A DNA stretch of 64,000 nucleotides from an uncultured bacterium (lineage in GTDB: Bacteria; Chloroflexota; UBA5177; JANWHV01), in contig CAVSOU010000011.1 of NCBI GenBank assembly GCA_963729625.1, positions 1 through 64,000 on the forward strand, written 5' to 3'. The notes beneath the pieces were generated by a model. That model did no database searches. It saw only the letters and a list, made by a program, of their open reading frames with translations, and had not been told where the DNA came from. The position numbers and the translations under genes are program-made. Of this stretch, positions 34,249-46,535 are shown in pieces; the first letter of the stretch is position 1, and every line of letters starts with the position of its first letter.

Positions 34249-36308
34249 TCACAATCCTCCCAGCTCCAGCGTCTGCGCGGCGCCGGCCTCCAGTGCGACG
34301 CTCGTCCGTCTGTCACCCAGAGATACGTGCGCTACGCGCGTGCGGTCGGTTGTGTTGCGGATGGTCACGGTCGCCTCGCCGTTCCGATAGCGCGCCGTTA
34401 ACGCGAACCCGTTTGCTAGCAAGTCGCGGAACGCGCAGTCCGTCCATCCCGCCGGCAGCGCCGGAAACAGGCGCAGCTCTCGCCCTCAGCCTGCAAGAGC
34501 AGGGCGTGCAGCGCGCTGCAGAGCGCCGCCTGCGCCGTGCTGAAGTACTGGAAATTCCACGTGCCGTCGGGCTTCACGTATTCCGCGCATCCGCCTTGTG
34601 CGCACAACGCGGGACGGGTGAGTTCCAGTTGCTCCCACGCTGCCTCCGGTTTTCCCTGGTACGCAAGGATACGGGCTACGACCCCGGCCGCCCAGGGAAA
34701 GCCCAGCTCATTGTTCCCATGGCCGACCATGCGGCCGGCGTACAGCGCCCGATAGGCGTCGACCGTCGCTCGGGCGCGCGGATCGCGCGCTGGCAGCACG
34801 CTGGCAGGATAGATGGGTGCAAGCGAGCTGCTGTTGAGGCGGTCCTCGTCGCGAGAAGCCTGGAAGTACCGGCCATTGAACAGCGAATGGAGCGTCGGGC
34901 GCAGCAGGTGAGCGGCAGCGGCGCACCGCCGCCCAATGGCATCGTTACGTCCGAGCAAGCGTGCCGCGACCGCGACGTCTTCGAGGAGGCGAAGCGCGGC
35001 GGCTACCGTGGCGCCATCGTTCACGACAAGCGTCGTGCCCTCGTGGGAGCCCACCAGTGGCTGGGTCACGAGCACTCCGCGCTCCTCCACGAGTACCGCG
35101 TGCAGCAGGAACTCGGCCGCTCCGGCCATCAGGTCATAGCCTTCCGCCAGTGCCGCGCGGTCACGCGTGGCCCGGAAGTCGGACATCACCATGTGCGCCA
35201 GAATAGGCGTGTTGTGAACCTGGAGGCGCTGCGCCACCCACGGCGTGTAGGCGCTGTCTCCCTGATGCGTGGTCTCCCAGTTCCAGTGCAGTCCGGGCGC
35301 GCCGAACGTGTCCCGCGCGTTCTCCGCCGCCTTGCTCCGGGTCCGGGCCAGGAAACGCCAGGCTTCGCGTGCCGGCAACACGTAACCCGCCTCGAGCAAT
35401 GCCCGCTGCACGAAGGCGCCGTCCCAGAAGATGTGCGAGTTGTACGCCCGGCGCAGGTTGTTGACCGGCAGCCCGCCCGACTCGCGGTGCTGCATGGCCG
35501 AGAACATGTACATGCTGAACTTGTGGAGTCGCTGGTAATCGGCATCGGGTATCTGAATCGTCCCCCGCGCCGGGTCAGGCCTGCGCTGCCCGGGCGACTG
35601 GGGGAGCCGCTGCCAGGCCTGGTGCTCCGCTGGATACCGCGTACATTCGAGCACCGCCCACCAGGCCAGGCGGCGACCGCGCAGACGCACCCACGCTCCT
35701 CGGGTGTCTCTGCCGGCGCCCTCGCCAATGCCCGCAGCCGGCAAGAGGCGCAGCGCGCACTGGTGCGTGCCTACCCGATACTGCCAGCCCGGCAACTCCT
35801 CGTCCAGCGGCGCGTGCTCGCTGGTGGACTGGACCCACTCCCTATCCTCGGGCCAAGTCCCCGGTGCCACGAACGCGACAAGCGAGATTTCCTCGCTCGC
35901 CTCCACGGAAAAGTGCAGCGCCGGTAGATCGGCGGCAAGGCTGGTTTCGATGGCCAGTGTTACCCCGCCGTCGAGCAGCACCGTCGTTCGCAGTACTCCT
36001 GTTTCCGCATCGACCCGCTGATCGGCTCCATGCGGATGCAGCACGGCGCCGCGCTCATCGACCAGCTCGTACCAGGCGCGGCGAGCGGCGCAAGCTGAAA
36101 CACGGTCCCGCCGGGCGGCAGGGAATGGAAAGCCACGGGATCGTCGCCTTCCTTGAACTGGCGATCGTCGGCGTAGTAGGTGTCCGCCTTGTACCAGTAA
36201 CAGCGATCGAGACCCTGCGCGGCCTCGGTTGACACGCAGCCCAGGGGGCCGAGCAGCACTGCGTCTATCCCGTTCCCCAGAAACGTGGTAGCTGCGCAGC
36301 TCGCTCAC
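34249..36308 (-). CDS. GH65-like (alpha/alpha)6 glycoside hydrolase/phosphorylase (frameshifts near both ends)
   Basis: YNSHIFWD motif, LFPALP..W C-terminal domain, position beside a sugar ABC operon. Confidence 0.7.
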
Positions 36309-36587
36309 CGCCGCTCCAGAGGCGCGGTCGATCGTCGGACGATCGGGCTCTGGTAGACCACGCGACGCGGCGGACAGGCACGCTCCACCAGCGGCTCGAC
36401 GGGCAGCTCCACCACGTTCACGCCGATCGCGTGGTTATCCTGCCGGATGCTGGTCAGCGGCGGCTCGGCATGCTGGGTGACCAGCGTGTCGTCAAACACT
36501 GCGAGCGACATCGTAACCGTTGAGCGCTCGGGAGGTGGTGGTGACCGAGAGATTGGCGGCCCTGGCGACATCTTTGATCGTCGGCAT
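36305..36587 (-). pseudogene. LacI-family repressor with a large internal deletion
   Basis: MPTIKDVARAANLSVTTTSRALNG joined directly to SLAVFDD...PPLTSIRQ...IVRRST. Confidence 0.85.
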
Positions 36588-36599
36588 ACCTATCCACCC

Positions 36600-36812
36600 A
36601 AAACGTTTTCAGTCCTGCTTGAAATCATAGGCTCCGGCAAACGCGCCGTCAACGTCCTCGCCGCTCTAACGCAACCCACCTGGTTGCCCGGTGATCTTGC
36701 CCGTCCCACGCTGAATCGGCGTTCTGCAGCACGTGCTGACCTATCGGGGTGCTGGGCTTGACAAATGTCCGCTGGTGGCCGATTATCAGTACGAGCATTA
36801 CAGAAACGTTTC
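36600..36812. promoter_or_regulatory. LacI-type operators and sigma70 promoter
   Basis: palindromes AAAACGTTTT (36600) and GAAACGTTTC (36803); TTGACA(36758)-17 bp-GATTAT. Confidence 0.7.
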
Positions 36813-36961
36813 GGATAGAATCGAGGCACCGGCTCAGCTCTGCCGGCAGGCGAAGGGGGGTGGTTGCGCATCGCCGGCACGCCGCCAAACAGACCAGCGG
36901 TATACACAGTCATACTGTTCAATATGGTTCGGCGTTTGCATCTGCAATTGGAGGACATGCA

Positions 36962-38331
36962 ATGAACCTTGCCACACGGGTGCTCGCAATAAGCACCCTG
37001 GTAGCAATCGCCCTGCCCCTGAGCTCACCGGCACGGTCCACTATCACCCATGCGGCTTCGACTTGCACGGGAGCAGGGTTGGCCTCAACGTCGCCGGCTG
37101 GGCCAGCGCGAACTCCGAGGCCGACATCGTTCGCCACGAGCTCGACCTCTTCTCTCAGGCGAACCCCTGCATCTCGGTCTACTACCATCCTATCCTCGGC
37201 AACTTCCAGCAGAAGATTCAGACCGAATTCGCCAGCGGCGATGAGCCCGACGTGTTCTACGTCAGTCCCGACATGATTTACAACGAGAGCAAAGCCGGCA
37301 AACTGCTCGATTCGACGCCCTACCTGTCGAAGGACGGCTTCAATCTGGGCGCCGAAATCCCCGCGTTGCTCAAGACGTTCCAGCTCAACGGAAAAACCTA
37401 TGGCCTGCCGAAGGACTGGGCCACGCTCGGCGTCTTCTACAACAAGGGCATCTTCGACGCCAAGAAGGTGCCCTATCCCACCAACAACATGACCTACGAT
37501 GATCTGCGCGTGCTGGCGGAGAAGGTTTACACCGCAGGCTCGACTTCCGCGACGACGACCTACGGCATCATGATGCCGTCAGACCTCGGTCGCTTCAACG
37601 CCTTCATGTATGGCTTCGGTTCCAATGTCTTTGACCCTGTCACGAACAAGATCCTCTTCAACAACGCCAAGGCCGTCGCCGCGCTGAACTACTACACCAG
37701 CTTCCAACTGACGGACAAGTCCGGTACCATCCCCGGCACCGTCGGTGATGCTGGTAGGCGATCCTTGGCAAGGGCAAGGTTGCCATGGTGATCGAGGGCA
37801 ACTGGCTGACCCCTAGCTGAAACCCAGATCCGAGGAAAGTATGGCATGGCCGATATTCCGACGGCCGCTGGCCGCGCTGACCCCGTCTACACGAATGCCT
37901 GGGGTGCCTCTGTCGACACGGTCAAGGCCGGAACCGCTGCCGCTGCCGCCAAATTGATCGAGTTCCTCAGCGGACCGGTCGTCCAGAAGTACCAGACCGA
38001 CATCGGCTTCTCGCTGCCGACCCTCACCGCGCTGCTGAGAGATCCCTACCTCAAGGCGCATCCCGAATCCGGCAACCTCGCCGCCTCCTACTCGGTCGGT
38101 CAACTCGGCAGCTACGGTGCGTACAACAGTCAGGTGAACACGGTCCTGAATAACGCTATTACCAAGGTTCTGCTGGGCAAGATGACGCCCGCTCAGGCCA
38201 TTGCGGACGCCGCAAAGACCCTCGAGAGCCGAGATCACAGCGGTACCGTAAGCCAGCCAGTGACTCTTGCTCTGGGCGCGGTCGAATGCTACGTTCGTGC
38301 CACGCCCAGCACAAACCACCAGGTCGCGTGA
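36962..38331 (+). CDS. sugar ABC transporter substrate-binding protein (several frameshifts; end uncertain)
   Basis: signal peptide, PDVFY, YGLPKDW, VFYNK, AMVIEGNW. Confidence 0.8.
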
Positions 38332-38340
38332 CAGGTAACA

Positions 38341-38380
38341 CCGCGGATCGCCGGGGACCATGGTTCCCGGCGATCCGCGG
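38341..38380 (+). promoter_or_regulatory. intercistronic stem-loop after the SBP gene
   Basis: CCGCGGATCGCCGGG ... CCCGGCGATCCGCGG. Confidence 0.65.
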
Positions 38381-38398
38381 CAGTGGAGGACAGGCTGG

Positions 38399-39354
38399 AT
38401 GGACGTGCCCGCGTCGAACAGGACCGTGACGCCGCATCTCACGTTCCCGCGCCGCCGGGCGCTGCGCAAGGCGCTGCGCCGTAACGGCACCGCATATCTC
38501 TTCCTCCTGCCCTATCTCTTCATCCTCCTTACTTTTACGCTCGGGGCCGCCGTGTTTGGGCTGGCCCTCAGCCTCTACCATGTGAACTACGGCATCGACA
38601 CCCCGCGTTACATCGGCCTCGACAACTTCCGCTATCTCTGGGATCAGTTCCTCCATAATCGTGACAACTTCGAGTTTGCCATCAGCCTCAGAAACATCCT
38701 CCAGTACGCCGTCGTCGTGATCATCGGACAGACGGCGCTGGCTCTCTGCTACGCCCTGCTCCTCAATCGGCCGGTCAAGGGCCGCTCCTTCCTGCGCACC
38801 GCGATCTACCTGCCGTCGGTCACGTCGTCCGTGGCCATCACACTGATCTTTCTTTACCTGCTCAGCAACGGCGGCGCGCTGAACGCCTTCCTGTCCATCT
38901 TCCATATCCAGGGACCGAACTGGTAAACGACCTGGCAACTGCCCTCTGGGCGATCATGATCCAGAACATCTATACCACGGCGCCGACGTTCATGATTCTG
39001 TTCCTGGCCGCGCTCCAGGGTTTGCCGGCCCCGCTATACGAGGCGGCCAAAGTGGATGGCGCCGGCACCTTGGCCCTGTTCCGCTGGGTCACCCTGCCAC
39101 TCCTCCGCCCGACCATGTTCCTGGTTGTCGCCCTGGGCACCATCGGCTCGTTGCAGACCTTCGATCAGATTGCCATCGCCACGAAGGGCGGCCCGCTGAA
39201 CGCCACGGTCACGCCGGTCTGGACGATCTACGACACCGCGTTCCTTCAATACCACTTCGGTTTGGGCGCTTCGATGGCCGCCGTGCTCTTCGCCATCATC
39301 TTCGTCATTACGATGGTCCAGCGGCGTTTCATCGACGCCAGTATCGAATACTAG
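38399..39354 (+). CDS. carbohydrate ABC permease (frameshift near 38925)
   Basis: AYLFLLPY, YIGLDNF, LYEAAKVDGA (EAA motif). Confidence 0.87.
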
Positions 39355-39363
39355 GAGTGCCGG

Positions 39364-40264
39364 ATGGCGACAGTCGCCTCGCGCAGGACCACGGGCGTCA
39401 CCGCGCGTGCGCCAAGAACGCCGCGATGGCTCATCGCCATGGTCATCGTTTATGCGCTGCTTCTCGTCTTCTCGTTCATTGCCCTGTCCCCGTTTGTCTT
39501 CGCCGTGCTGTCGGCTTTCAAGACGGCCGACAAGGTGCTCGAGTAACGCCGCGCCTGATCCCCAATCCCTGGACGCTCTCGAACTTCTCTGACCTGCTCA
39601 ACAATCACAGCACCGACGTGCAGTTCACCCGCTGGTTGGTGAACAGCCTGTTCTACGCCGTGTCCATCGCCGGCCTGAACCTTCTCTTCAGCTCAATGGC
39701 GGCCTTCGCCCTCGCGCGCCTGCAGTTCATAGGCAAGACGTTCTGGTTCTGGATCACGCTTGCCGTGATGATGATCCGGGCGAGATCAACTGGATGAGCG
39801 TCTACATCATCCTGAACCATTTCGGCCCGTTCAACCTGATCGACACATATTGGGCCGTGATTCTCCCCGCTGCGGCGCAGCCGTTCTCGGTCTTCCTGAT
39901 CACCCAGTTCCTGAAAAGCCTGCCCGTCGAGGTCGAGGAGGCGGCAACGATCGACGGCGCCTCGAAGTTCCGCACGTACTGGCAGGTCATCCTCCCGATG
40001 GCCCGGCCCGCTCTGGTCGCGGCGGGCATCTTGAGCTTCCAGGGCGCCTGGAACTCCTTCGTTGCCCCGCTCCTCTATCTCGATTCCTCTTCCAAGTTCC
40101 CTCTCACCGTGGGCCTGAACTTCTTCAATGGCACCTATAGCGCCCAGACCAACCTGATTCTCGCCGGCGCCATGTTCAACACACTCCCCATGGTGATCAT
40201 CTTCTTCGTCTTCCAGCGCTACTTCATCCAGGGAGCCGCCACCAGCGGCCTGGCCGGACGTTAG
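39364..40264 (+). CDS. carbohydrate ABC permease (frameshifted)
   Basis: WLVNS, AAFALARL, EEAATIDGA, PLTVGL, FQRYFIQG. Confidence 0.87.
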
Positions 40265-40308
40265 TCGACGACAGCATCCGCGCTCGTCGAGGAAAACCGA
40301 CAAACCTG

Positions 40309-40468
40309 GTGCTCATCACCGATAGCGATCTCAGGTATTGACAGCGTCGAGCATCGCCACGACATTTTGCGGCGGTACGTCCGCGAGGACGTTGTGCACC
40401 TGCTGGAACACGAATCCACCGCCGGGACGCATGATCTCAACTTGCCGCGTGACATGCTCGCGAATCTC
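40309..40468. repeat. 160-bp direct repeat, copy B
   Basis: matches 33890-34049. Confidence 0.92.
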
Positions 40469-41555
40469 TGTCGGGCGTGCCGTGCGACAACAGCCACTGC
40501 GTATCGCAGCCGCCACCCCAGAACGTGATGTCCTTGCCGAAGTCGCGCTTGAGCCCGGCCGCATCCATGCCTGCGCAGCTGATCTGCACCGGGTTGATCG
40601 CATCCAGCCCGGCATCGATGAGATCGGGCAGCAGTGGGCGCACGCCGCCGCAGCAGTGCAGCATGACCTTCACGTCAGCCAGTTCCTTTGCGCGTCTCCA
40701 CAATCTGCTGTGACGGGGCTTGAAGAACTCGCGATACATTTTCGGCGAGATCTGTGGCCCCGTCTGCATACCCAGGTCGTCGCCGAAGCCGATCACGTCG
40801 ATGGAGGGACCTACCAGGCCCAGGTACTTCTCGAGATCGACCAGATGCAGCTCCATCAAGCGATCGAGCAGATCGTGAGCGCGATCGGGCTCGCCGGCGA
40901 GCAACATCAGGAAATTGTCGTTCCGGTAGAGGAATTGTCCCCACTCCAGCAGGTTGCCCCCGAACAAACCCACAATCGCGCGATCGGTCAGCGCCTGCAG
41001 GCGCTGTGCGCCCGCGGTGAACAGCGCGTCGCCGTCTGGCCCTTCGACGAGCGGCCCGGGAGGGCTCGCGGTCGACCACATGCATTCCGCCATCACCTCG
41101 CGCAGCGCCTCATGCCGGGGCTCATCCACCGCGAACGGGTAGTAGGCGGTCTCAAAGTACAGCGCCCCATCCGGCATCTGGGCAGAGACTCTACCCGTCC
41201 TGGAGCGCAATACCCACCTCTGCTGCTCACGCTCCGGCAGGCACCAAACTGGAACCTGGCAGGGCGTGCCGTCTGGCAATGTCCAATTCGCCCAGTCTTC
41301 GTCGCGCAGAGAGAATCCCCGTCCCAGCTCGATCGTGTCGATGCCGAACCGATCGAGGACGTCGTCGTCGACGACTGCCAGTTGCTGCACGATGTCGTAG
41401 ACGCGAACCGGCTTGTTGGGCATGCCCAGGTGGTCGCGGAGTCTGCGATAGGCGATTGCGGAAATCCCCGACGAGCGGTGTCCCGAGAAGTCGATTGGCA
41501 CCTTGTCGGATTCTTGATGGCGCAGGGCGGTGAGCACGCGATCGCGTGAATTCAT
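40331..41555 (-). CDS. uroporphyrinogen decarboxylase/MtaA-CmuA superfamily protein (frameshift near 40480)
   Basis: MNSRDRV..AL.H.E.DKVP, GDDLG.Q, HCCG, NPVQ, FWGGGCDTQ, GGGFVF..VHN. Confidence 0.88.
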
Positions 41556-41588
41556 GGCGATCTCCCTTCGCAAGCACGGCGGGTCATC

Positions 41589-42938
41589 CTACCTCTGTGG
41601 CGCCCCGGGTGCCAGGCCGAGCAGCAACCGGGGGCTTTCGTAAAGCACCGCACGAGCGACCTCGAGTGCGCTCTCCACGCTGTGCTGTCCCTGCGCGACC
41701 TGCTCGGCAAGCACGTGGGCGAGCTGCTTGCGCACCATCACAGCCTTTGCGTAGGCCCACTCGACCACGTAGGCGTCTGAGAAGAACCCTATCTGTTTGC
41801 TCCACGGCAGCATGTCCAGGCGCTCGGCGATTACCGCGCGGATCACGGAAGGGAAGAAGTTGTGCCACCAGTAGCCGGCCAGGCTCAGGTTGGGTAGTTC
41901 ACGCGCAAGCGTGCAGAGCGACTGATTGCCGTGTTGGCTGGCCAGGAAGCACTGGAACCGGATACGCGGGTGCCGGCCGACGATCTCCGCCAGCTGCGTG
42001 ATCGTTCGTTGTGGCAGGAGACTCGCCGTTTCGTACGGCATGGGCTCCGCGCCCAGCGAGAACTGGAAGACAAGGCTGTCTGCAAGCGGCTCAAACGCCG
42101 TCAGGAACGCTTCGTTGATATATGATGCGTAGACGTCGCGCTCTCTCGGACCGGCTTTCTCGCGGCGCGCCAGCGCTGCTGCCAGGTCCGCGTCACCGGG
42201 CACGGAATAGTCAATATTCGTCGACAGGTGAGTGGCCGTGGCGACGATCCGATCGCTGGGAATGTTGGCCACGTAGTGACTGACAGCAGCATGTACGTCG
42301 TCAAGCGTGCGTATCCGTCGATCGGTAGGAGGGCGCGCGCCCGATCCTATCGGTGTCGACGCCTCAGGCTGGCGGCCCCAGCAGCGCTCAAGCTCGTACA
42401 GCGCGGTATCATGTTCGCCCCACTGGCAGCGCGTGAAGAACCCCCATTCCAGCGCGTACTGGAAACGGGCATCGTCCACGCCGTCTCCGCGCCGCACGAC
42501 TTCAGTCACCGATCGCGTGATACCGGCCCGGTCCAGAATACTGTACGACCACTGGCGATCGCGAGATCTCTCCCGAATGATGTCGTCGAGACGGCGCCAG
42601 TTGTCGGCGGTGATCGGCTGATGCCAATCGTAGAGGTCGGCAAGGATCACGCGCAGGCACCATGCCGAGCTCGTGTTCTGAATGTGCGGAAGGAAGGGAA
42701 TCGCCTCCTCAATGCGAGCGCGCGCTTCCGCATCGCTCGGCCACGAGGGGAAAGCAGTGAGGCGGGCCCCGCTCGGGCACCCGGCCGCGTAGAGATCGCT
42801 AATCACCATGTGGTACAGCAGCACGTCGTGGAGACCCTGTGCGCCCAGGCTGCCGCAGGTGAGATGCGTGTGGGCGTCGAGCAGTGGCATCGTGGCGAGG
42901 GCCTGCTCGATCTCGCCGGCTGTTGCTGTCGCGTTCAT
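41589..42938 (-). CDS. amidohydrolase-fold protein, uronate-isomerase-like
   Basis: DAHTH, GYWWH, FFSDAY. Confidence 0.7.
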   Translation of the reverse strand: MNATATAGEIEQALATMPLLDAHTHLTCGSLGAQGLHDVLLYHMVISDLYAAGCPSGARLTAFPSWPSDAEARARIEEAIPFLPHIQNTSSAWCLRVILADLYDWHQPITADNWRRLDDIIRERSRDRQWSYSILDRAGITRSVTEVVRRGDGVDDARFQYALEWGFFTRCQWGEHDTALYELERCWGRQPEASTPIGSGARPPTDRRIRTLDDVHAAVSHYVANIPSDRIVATATHLSTNIDYSVPGDADLAAALARREKAGPRERDVYASYINEAFLTAFEPLADSLVFQFSLGAEPMPYETASLLPQRTITQLAEIVGRHPRIRFQCFLASQHGNQSLCTLARELPNLSLAGYWWHNFFPSVIRAVIAERLDMLPWSKQIGFFSDAYVVEWAYAKAVMVRKQLAHVLAEQVAQGQHSVESALEVARAVLYESPRLLLGLAPGAPQR

Positions 42939-42976
42939 AGTGAATGCTCCTTCACCAATGCCCCGATGCTGACCGA

Positions 42977-43618
42977 CTAGAGCGAAGCCAGCCACTCGCG
43001 GATTTCCTTGGGGTTTTCACGAAACATGAGCGATCCCGGCACGATCCAGTCGGCGCCGGCCGCCTTGAGCACCGGAACCGTCTCGCGGCGAATGCCGCCA
43101 TCCGCTTCGATCTCGGTCGTCAGGTGCCGGCTCCTCACGATCTCCTTCGCCGCGCCTATCTTCCCCGGCACTCTGGGGTCCATCGTCGCTCCCTTGATGC
43201 CCATCGCCGTGCCGCACACGGCCACGATGTCCAGGTCAGGCCAGTAAGGTTCAAGGACCGTAACAGGCTCCTGCACGAGGAGCGACACGCCCGCCCTCAG
43301 TCCGAATGACTTGATGACCTTGATCACGGTCCCCGGCTCGTCGGTGGCGTCGAAGCAAAATATCAGCGCATTCGCTCCCGCCTCCGCGAAGGGCGCGATC
43401 CACGCCAGCGGATCTGTGACCATAATGTGGACCTCGAACGGGAGCGTTGTATGTGCCCGCAATGCGCGAACGAGATCCGGAAAGAAGAGCAAACTGTTCA
43501 CGTAGTGACCATCGGCAACGTCAAAGTGGAAGCTGTCAGTATATGGTTCTACGCGTCTGATTTCATCGCCAAGCCTTGAGAGATCGGCGGACCAAAGGGA
43601 TGCAGCGCATTTCAGCAT
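42977..43618 (-). CDS. ribulose-phosphate 3-epimerase family protein
   Basis: HFDVADGHYV, EVHIMV, IEADGGI. Confidence 0.9.
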   Translation of the reverse strand: MLKCAASLWSADLSRLGDEIRRVEPYTDSFHFDVADGHYVNSLLFFPDLVRALRAHTTLPFEVHIMVTDPLAWIAPFAEAGANALIFCFDATDEPGTVIKVIKSFGLRAGVSLLVQEPVTVLEPYWPDLDIVAVCGTAMGIKGATMDPRVPGKIGAAKEIVRSRHLTTEIEADGGIRRETVPVLKAAGADWIVPGSLMFRENPKEIREWLASL

Positions 43619-43664
43619 CGATTACTCCTCAGCTCGGACGCGCGTCCGACAGGAACATGAGCCA

Positions 43665-44490
43665 TTACCAAACGGCCTCCTCGACGGGAATGAGCGGCCG
43701 GACAAACTCATCGAGGAATCTCTGAACTTCCGCCACGTGGCGTTCTCTGCTTACCGCTTTCGGCGTCAATTCGCGAAAGGTCGCGAGCGGGATCGCGCGC
43801 GCAAGTGCCTCTCCGTACTCGAACGGATGAACGGGATCCTGCCGGCTGGCGAGCACGAGCGTTGGGACGTCGATGACAGCCAGGTCGGCAAGGCTACTGC
43901 ACGGCGCGTCCGCGGGCAATCGCTCAAGCTTGGACACCGTCTCGCTTGCTCTGGGGTGTGTGAATTGCCCAACCAAAGACGCACCGGCATCAGCGGAGAT
44001 TGCCTGCGTCTGCACATAGAGGTCCGATTGCCTGAAAAGCTCGAGCCCGTGCTCCGCGCCGTGGCGGCGAATCAGGGCAGCAATGGCGCCGTAGATCTGC
44101 GACGTTGTGCGTATTGGGACCGTCGAGCCACGCCGGGCGCGAGAGGACGAGGGCGATGACGCGATTGGGGTAGCGGAGCGCCAGGCTCAGCGCGACCGCG
44201 GCCCCTAACGACACGCCGCCGACGATCGCGCGTGGGAGGGACAGCGTATCCATCAGCGCGATCACGTCGTCGGCAAAGCACGCGATACTGAGTTTCCCGC
44301 TGTCTCCCAGCGGGCGGGTTTCGCCATGAGCGCGGAAGTCCATGGCCAGGAAGCGACACCCCGGAGGAGGCTGAAACAGTCCAAACGGCTGGCCAACGTC
44401 GCCGCCAAGCCCGTGCTGGAAAACGAACGGCAGTCCGGCGCCCTCGTCGCGGTAATGGAACGTGATGCCGTCTCGCTCGAGGAATGGCAT
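43665..44490 (-). CDS. alpha/beta hydrolase (frameshift near 44090)
   Basis: FQHGLGG, DFRAHG, GVSLG, DPVHP. Confidence 0.82.
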
Positions 44491-45365
44491 CAGCCTGTAT
44501 CCTGGCTTCTCTGTGGCGCCGGGCTGTCGAGAGACTGCGCAAGCTTCGTTCGCAGAAACGCAACGCTCTCGTCGACGTCGGCCTCTGTAAGGCCGTGCAG
44601 AATCAAGGGTCCCGAGAATCCGGTCTGGTGGAGGAGCGACAGGTAGCGGTCGTAATCGAGCAGACCGCGACCGGCCGGCTCCTGACCCGACTCGCCGTCG
44701 CGGCTCAGGTCCTTGGCATGGGCGACGACGATCTCGGCGCCAAGCAGCTCGAACGCTTCGTCCAGCACGGCCGTCATGCGCGGCAGCTCGCCGTGGTGGA
44801 AGAGGTTGGCGGGATCCATCACCACCTTGAGAAGCGGTGAACGGAGTTCGTCGAGGAGGCGCCGCGCCTTGACCGCCGAGTCGACCACATTTGTCACCTC
44901 CGGTTCGAAAGCCAGCGTGACGGAGAAGTCTTCCGCGATGCGCAGCGCCTGCTGCATCGAGTCGAGCAGATCTTGCCAGGCCTGAGGAGTATCGCTGTCC
45001 ACGTGTTTGCGCCACATGTTGTCCGGGTCGCGCGTGCCCGTGCACAGCGTGATCACGTTGGTGCCGATGCTCCGGCATGACTGCGCAATCACACGCAGCC
45101 GGGCGAGGCCGGTTTGCCGATGGCTTGCGACCGGATGGATCATGTTGAACGTGCCGGACACGGCTGCCATGCGTAGCGATCGGCGACCGACCTGAGCACC
45201 GATTTGCTCGCATGTAGCAGGTTCAAGAGAGTCGGGCATGCTGGGCATGCCGGCGCATGCGAAGTTGAACTGGATCGTGTCCAGCCCGTGCGCGACGACG
45301 GCGTCCAGCGTCGCTTCGAGACTGGGGCGCACGAAGGTCTTGGCAAAGATGCCGAGCGAATTCAT
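44490..45365 (-). CDS. sugar phosphate isomerase/epimerase (xylose isomerase-like TIM barrel)
   Basis: LAFEPE, VMDPAN, AHAKD. Confidence 0.88.
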   Translation of the reverse strand: MNSLGIFAKTFVRPSLEATLDAVVAHGLDTIQFNFACAGMPSMPDSLEPATCEQIGAQVGRRSLRMAAVSGTFNMIHPVASHRQTGLARLRVIAQSCRSIGTNVITLCTGTRDPDNMWRKHVDSDTPQAWQDLLDSMQQALRIAEDFSVTLAFEPEVTNVVDSAVKARRLLDELRSPLLKVVMDPANLFHHGELPRMTAVLDEAFELLGAEIVVAHAKDLSRDGESGQEPAGRGLLDYDRYLSLLHQTGFSGPLILHGLTEADVDESVAFLRTKLAQSLDSPAPQRSQDTG

Positions 45366-46438
45366 ACGCTGCCTCCTACATCGGCCAGTGAAACCGTCTT
45401 GCCGGATCTCACGGACTGGCGTATGGCAACCAGGGCCTGCATGGCCGCGACGCCATCGTCGACGGTCGCGCCGCGCTGATCCGCGCCCTGGAGTATGGCG
45501 TCGGCAAAGCCCTCAATCTGGAGCTTGTAGGTATAGGCGTCTTCCCCGAGCGGCCTGTGGAACTGCCCGTCCTTGGCGGAGAAACATTCCACGTCGCTGG
45601 CCTTGTGGAACCACGGTAAGTACGTGGTGCCGGCAACGCTGCCAAGCTCGCCGTATGCCCGGAACCCTTCCGAGAAGTCACCGCGAATGGGGATGGTCAG
45701 GTCGAGGTGGCCGAGCGCGCCGTTGCGATAATCGACGTCGATGAACCAGCAGTAGGCGCCGGACTTTAGCGCCAGGCGCGCAGATACCGCGAGGATCTCG
45801 CCGCCCAGGTATCTTGCCGTATCCACCAGATGGCTGCCATGGGTCAACAAGAAATAGCGCTCCTTGTCGGCCTTTGGATCGCCGGGAGGCCGTGTCGCAT
45901 GACTGCTCTTCTCGGGGATTGGTTGCAGGTTATCGGTCATGGCGTACCGATAGGTGGAGTCGCAATACCAGGCCTTGAGAGCCAGAAGCTCCCCCATATC
46001 CTCGGCCATGAATTGCTGCGCAAAGGCGATTCCGGGATCGAAGCGCTTGTTGTTGGCCACTTGAAACACCAGGCGCGTGTCGCGAAGCTCCGCGCGAAGG
46101 GCTTCACAGTCGTCCAGATCGACGCCCAACGGCTTCTCGACCAGCACATGCTTGCCCGCGGCGATTGCCTTACGTGCAAGTGGAACGTGGAATTGGTCGG
46201 CTGTCGCTATGATCACCGCCTCCACCTGGGGGTCGGCCAGCATCGCGTCGTACGTGCCGTACGTGACCCGTGGGTGATGAACGGCGGCCATTTGAGCTAG
46301 CAGGTCGCTCGCGGTATCACACATTGCATAGAGCTCAGCATTATGTGCCTTGCGACACGCGTCGAAATGGGCGAACTGGGCGATTGGTCCGCACCCGAGC
46401 ACGCCAATACGAAGCAGGCGATCGTCCTTTCTCATCAT
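45362..46438 (-). CDS. Gfo/Idh/MocA oxidoreductase
   Basis: IGVLGCGPIA, GKHVLVEKP, HGSHLVD. Confidence 0.92.
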   Translation of the reverse strand: MMRKDDRLLRIGVLGCGPIAQFAHFDACRKAHNAELYAMCDTASDLLAQMAAVHHPRVTYGTYDAMLADPQVEAVIIATADQFHVPLARKAIAAGKHVLVEKPLGVDLDDCEALRAELRDTRLVFQVANNKRFDPGIAFAQQFMAEDMGELLALKAWYCDSTYRYAMTDNLQPIPEKSSHATRPPGDPKADKERYFLLTHGSHLVDTARYLGGEILAVSARLALKSGAYCWFIDVDYRNGALGHLDLTIPIRGDFSEGFRAYGELGSVAGTTYLPWFHKASDVECFSAKDGQFHRPLGEDAYTYKLQIEGFADAILQGADQRGATVDDGVAAMQALVAIRQSVRSGKTVSLADVGGSV

Positions 46439-46535
46439 TGCCCTTTCAAATAGCGCAGGCGATGCGGACCTGCGAGCACCTGCACACCACTATGGCGCAC
46501 TGAATTGTGGTGGTCCTGCCTGACCACCACGTCGT

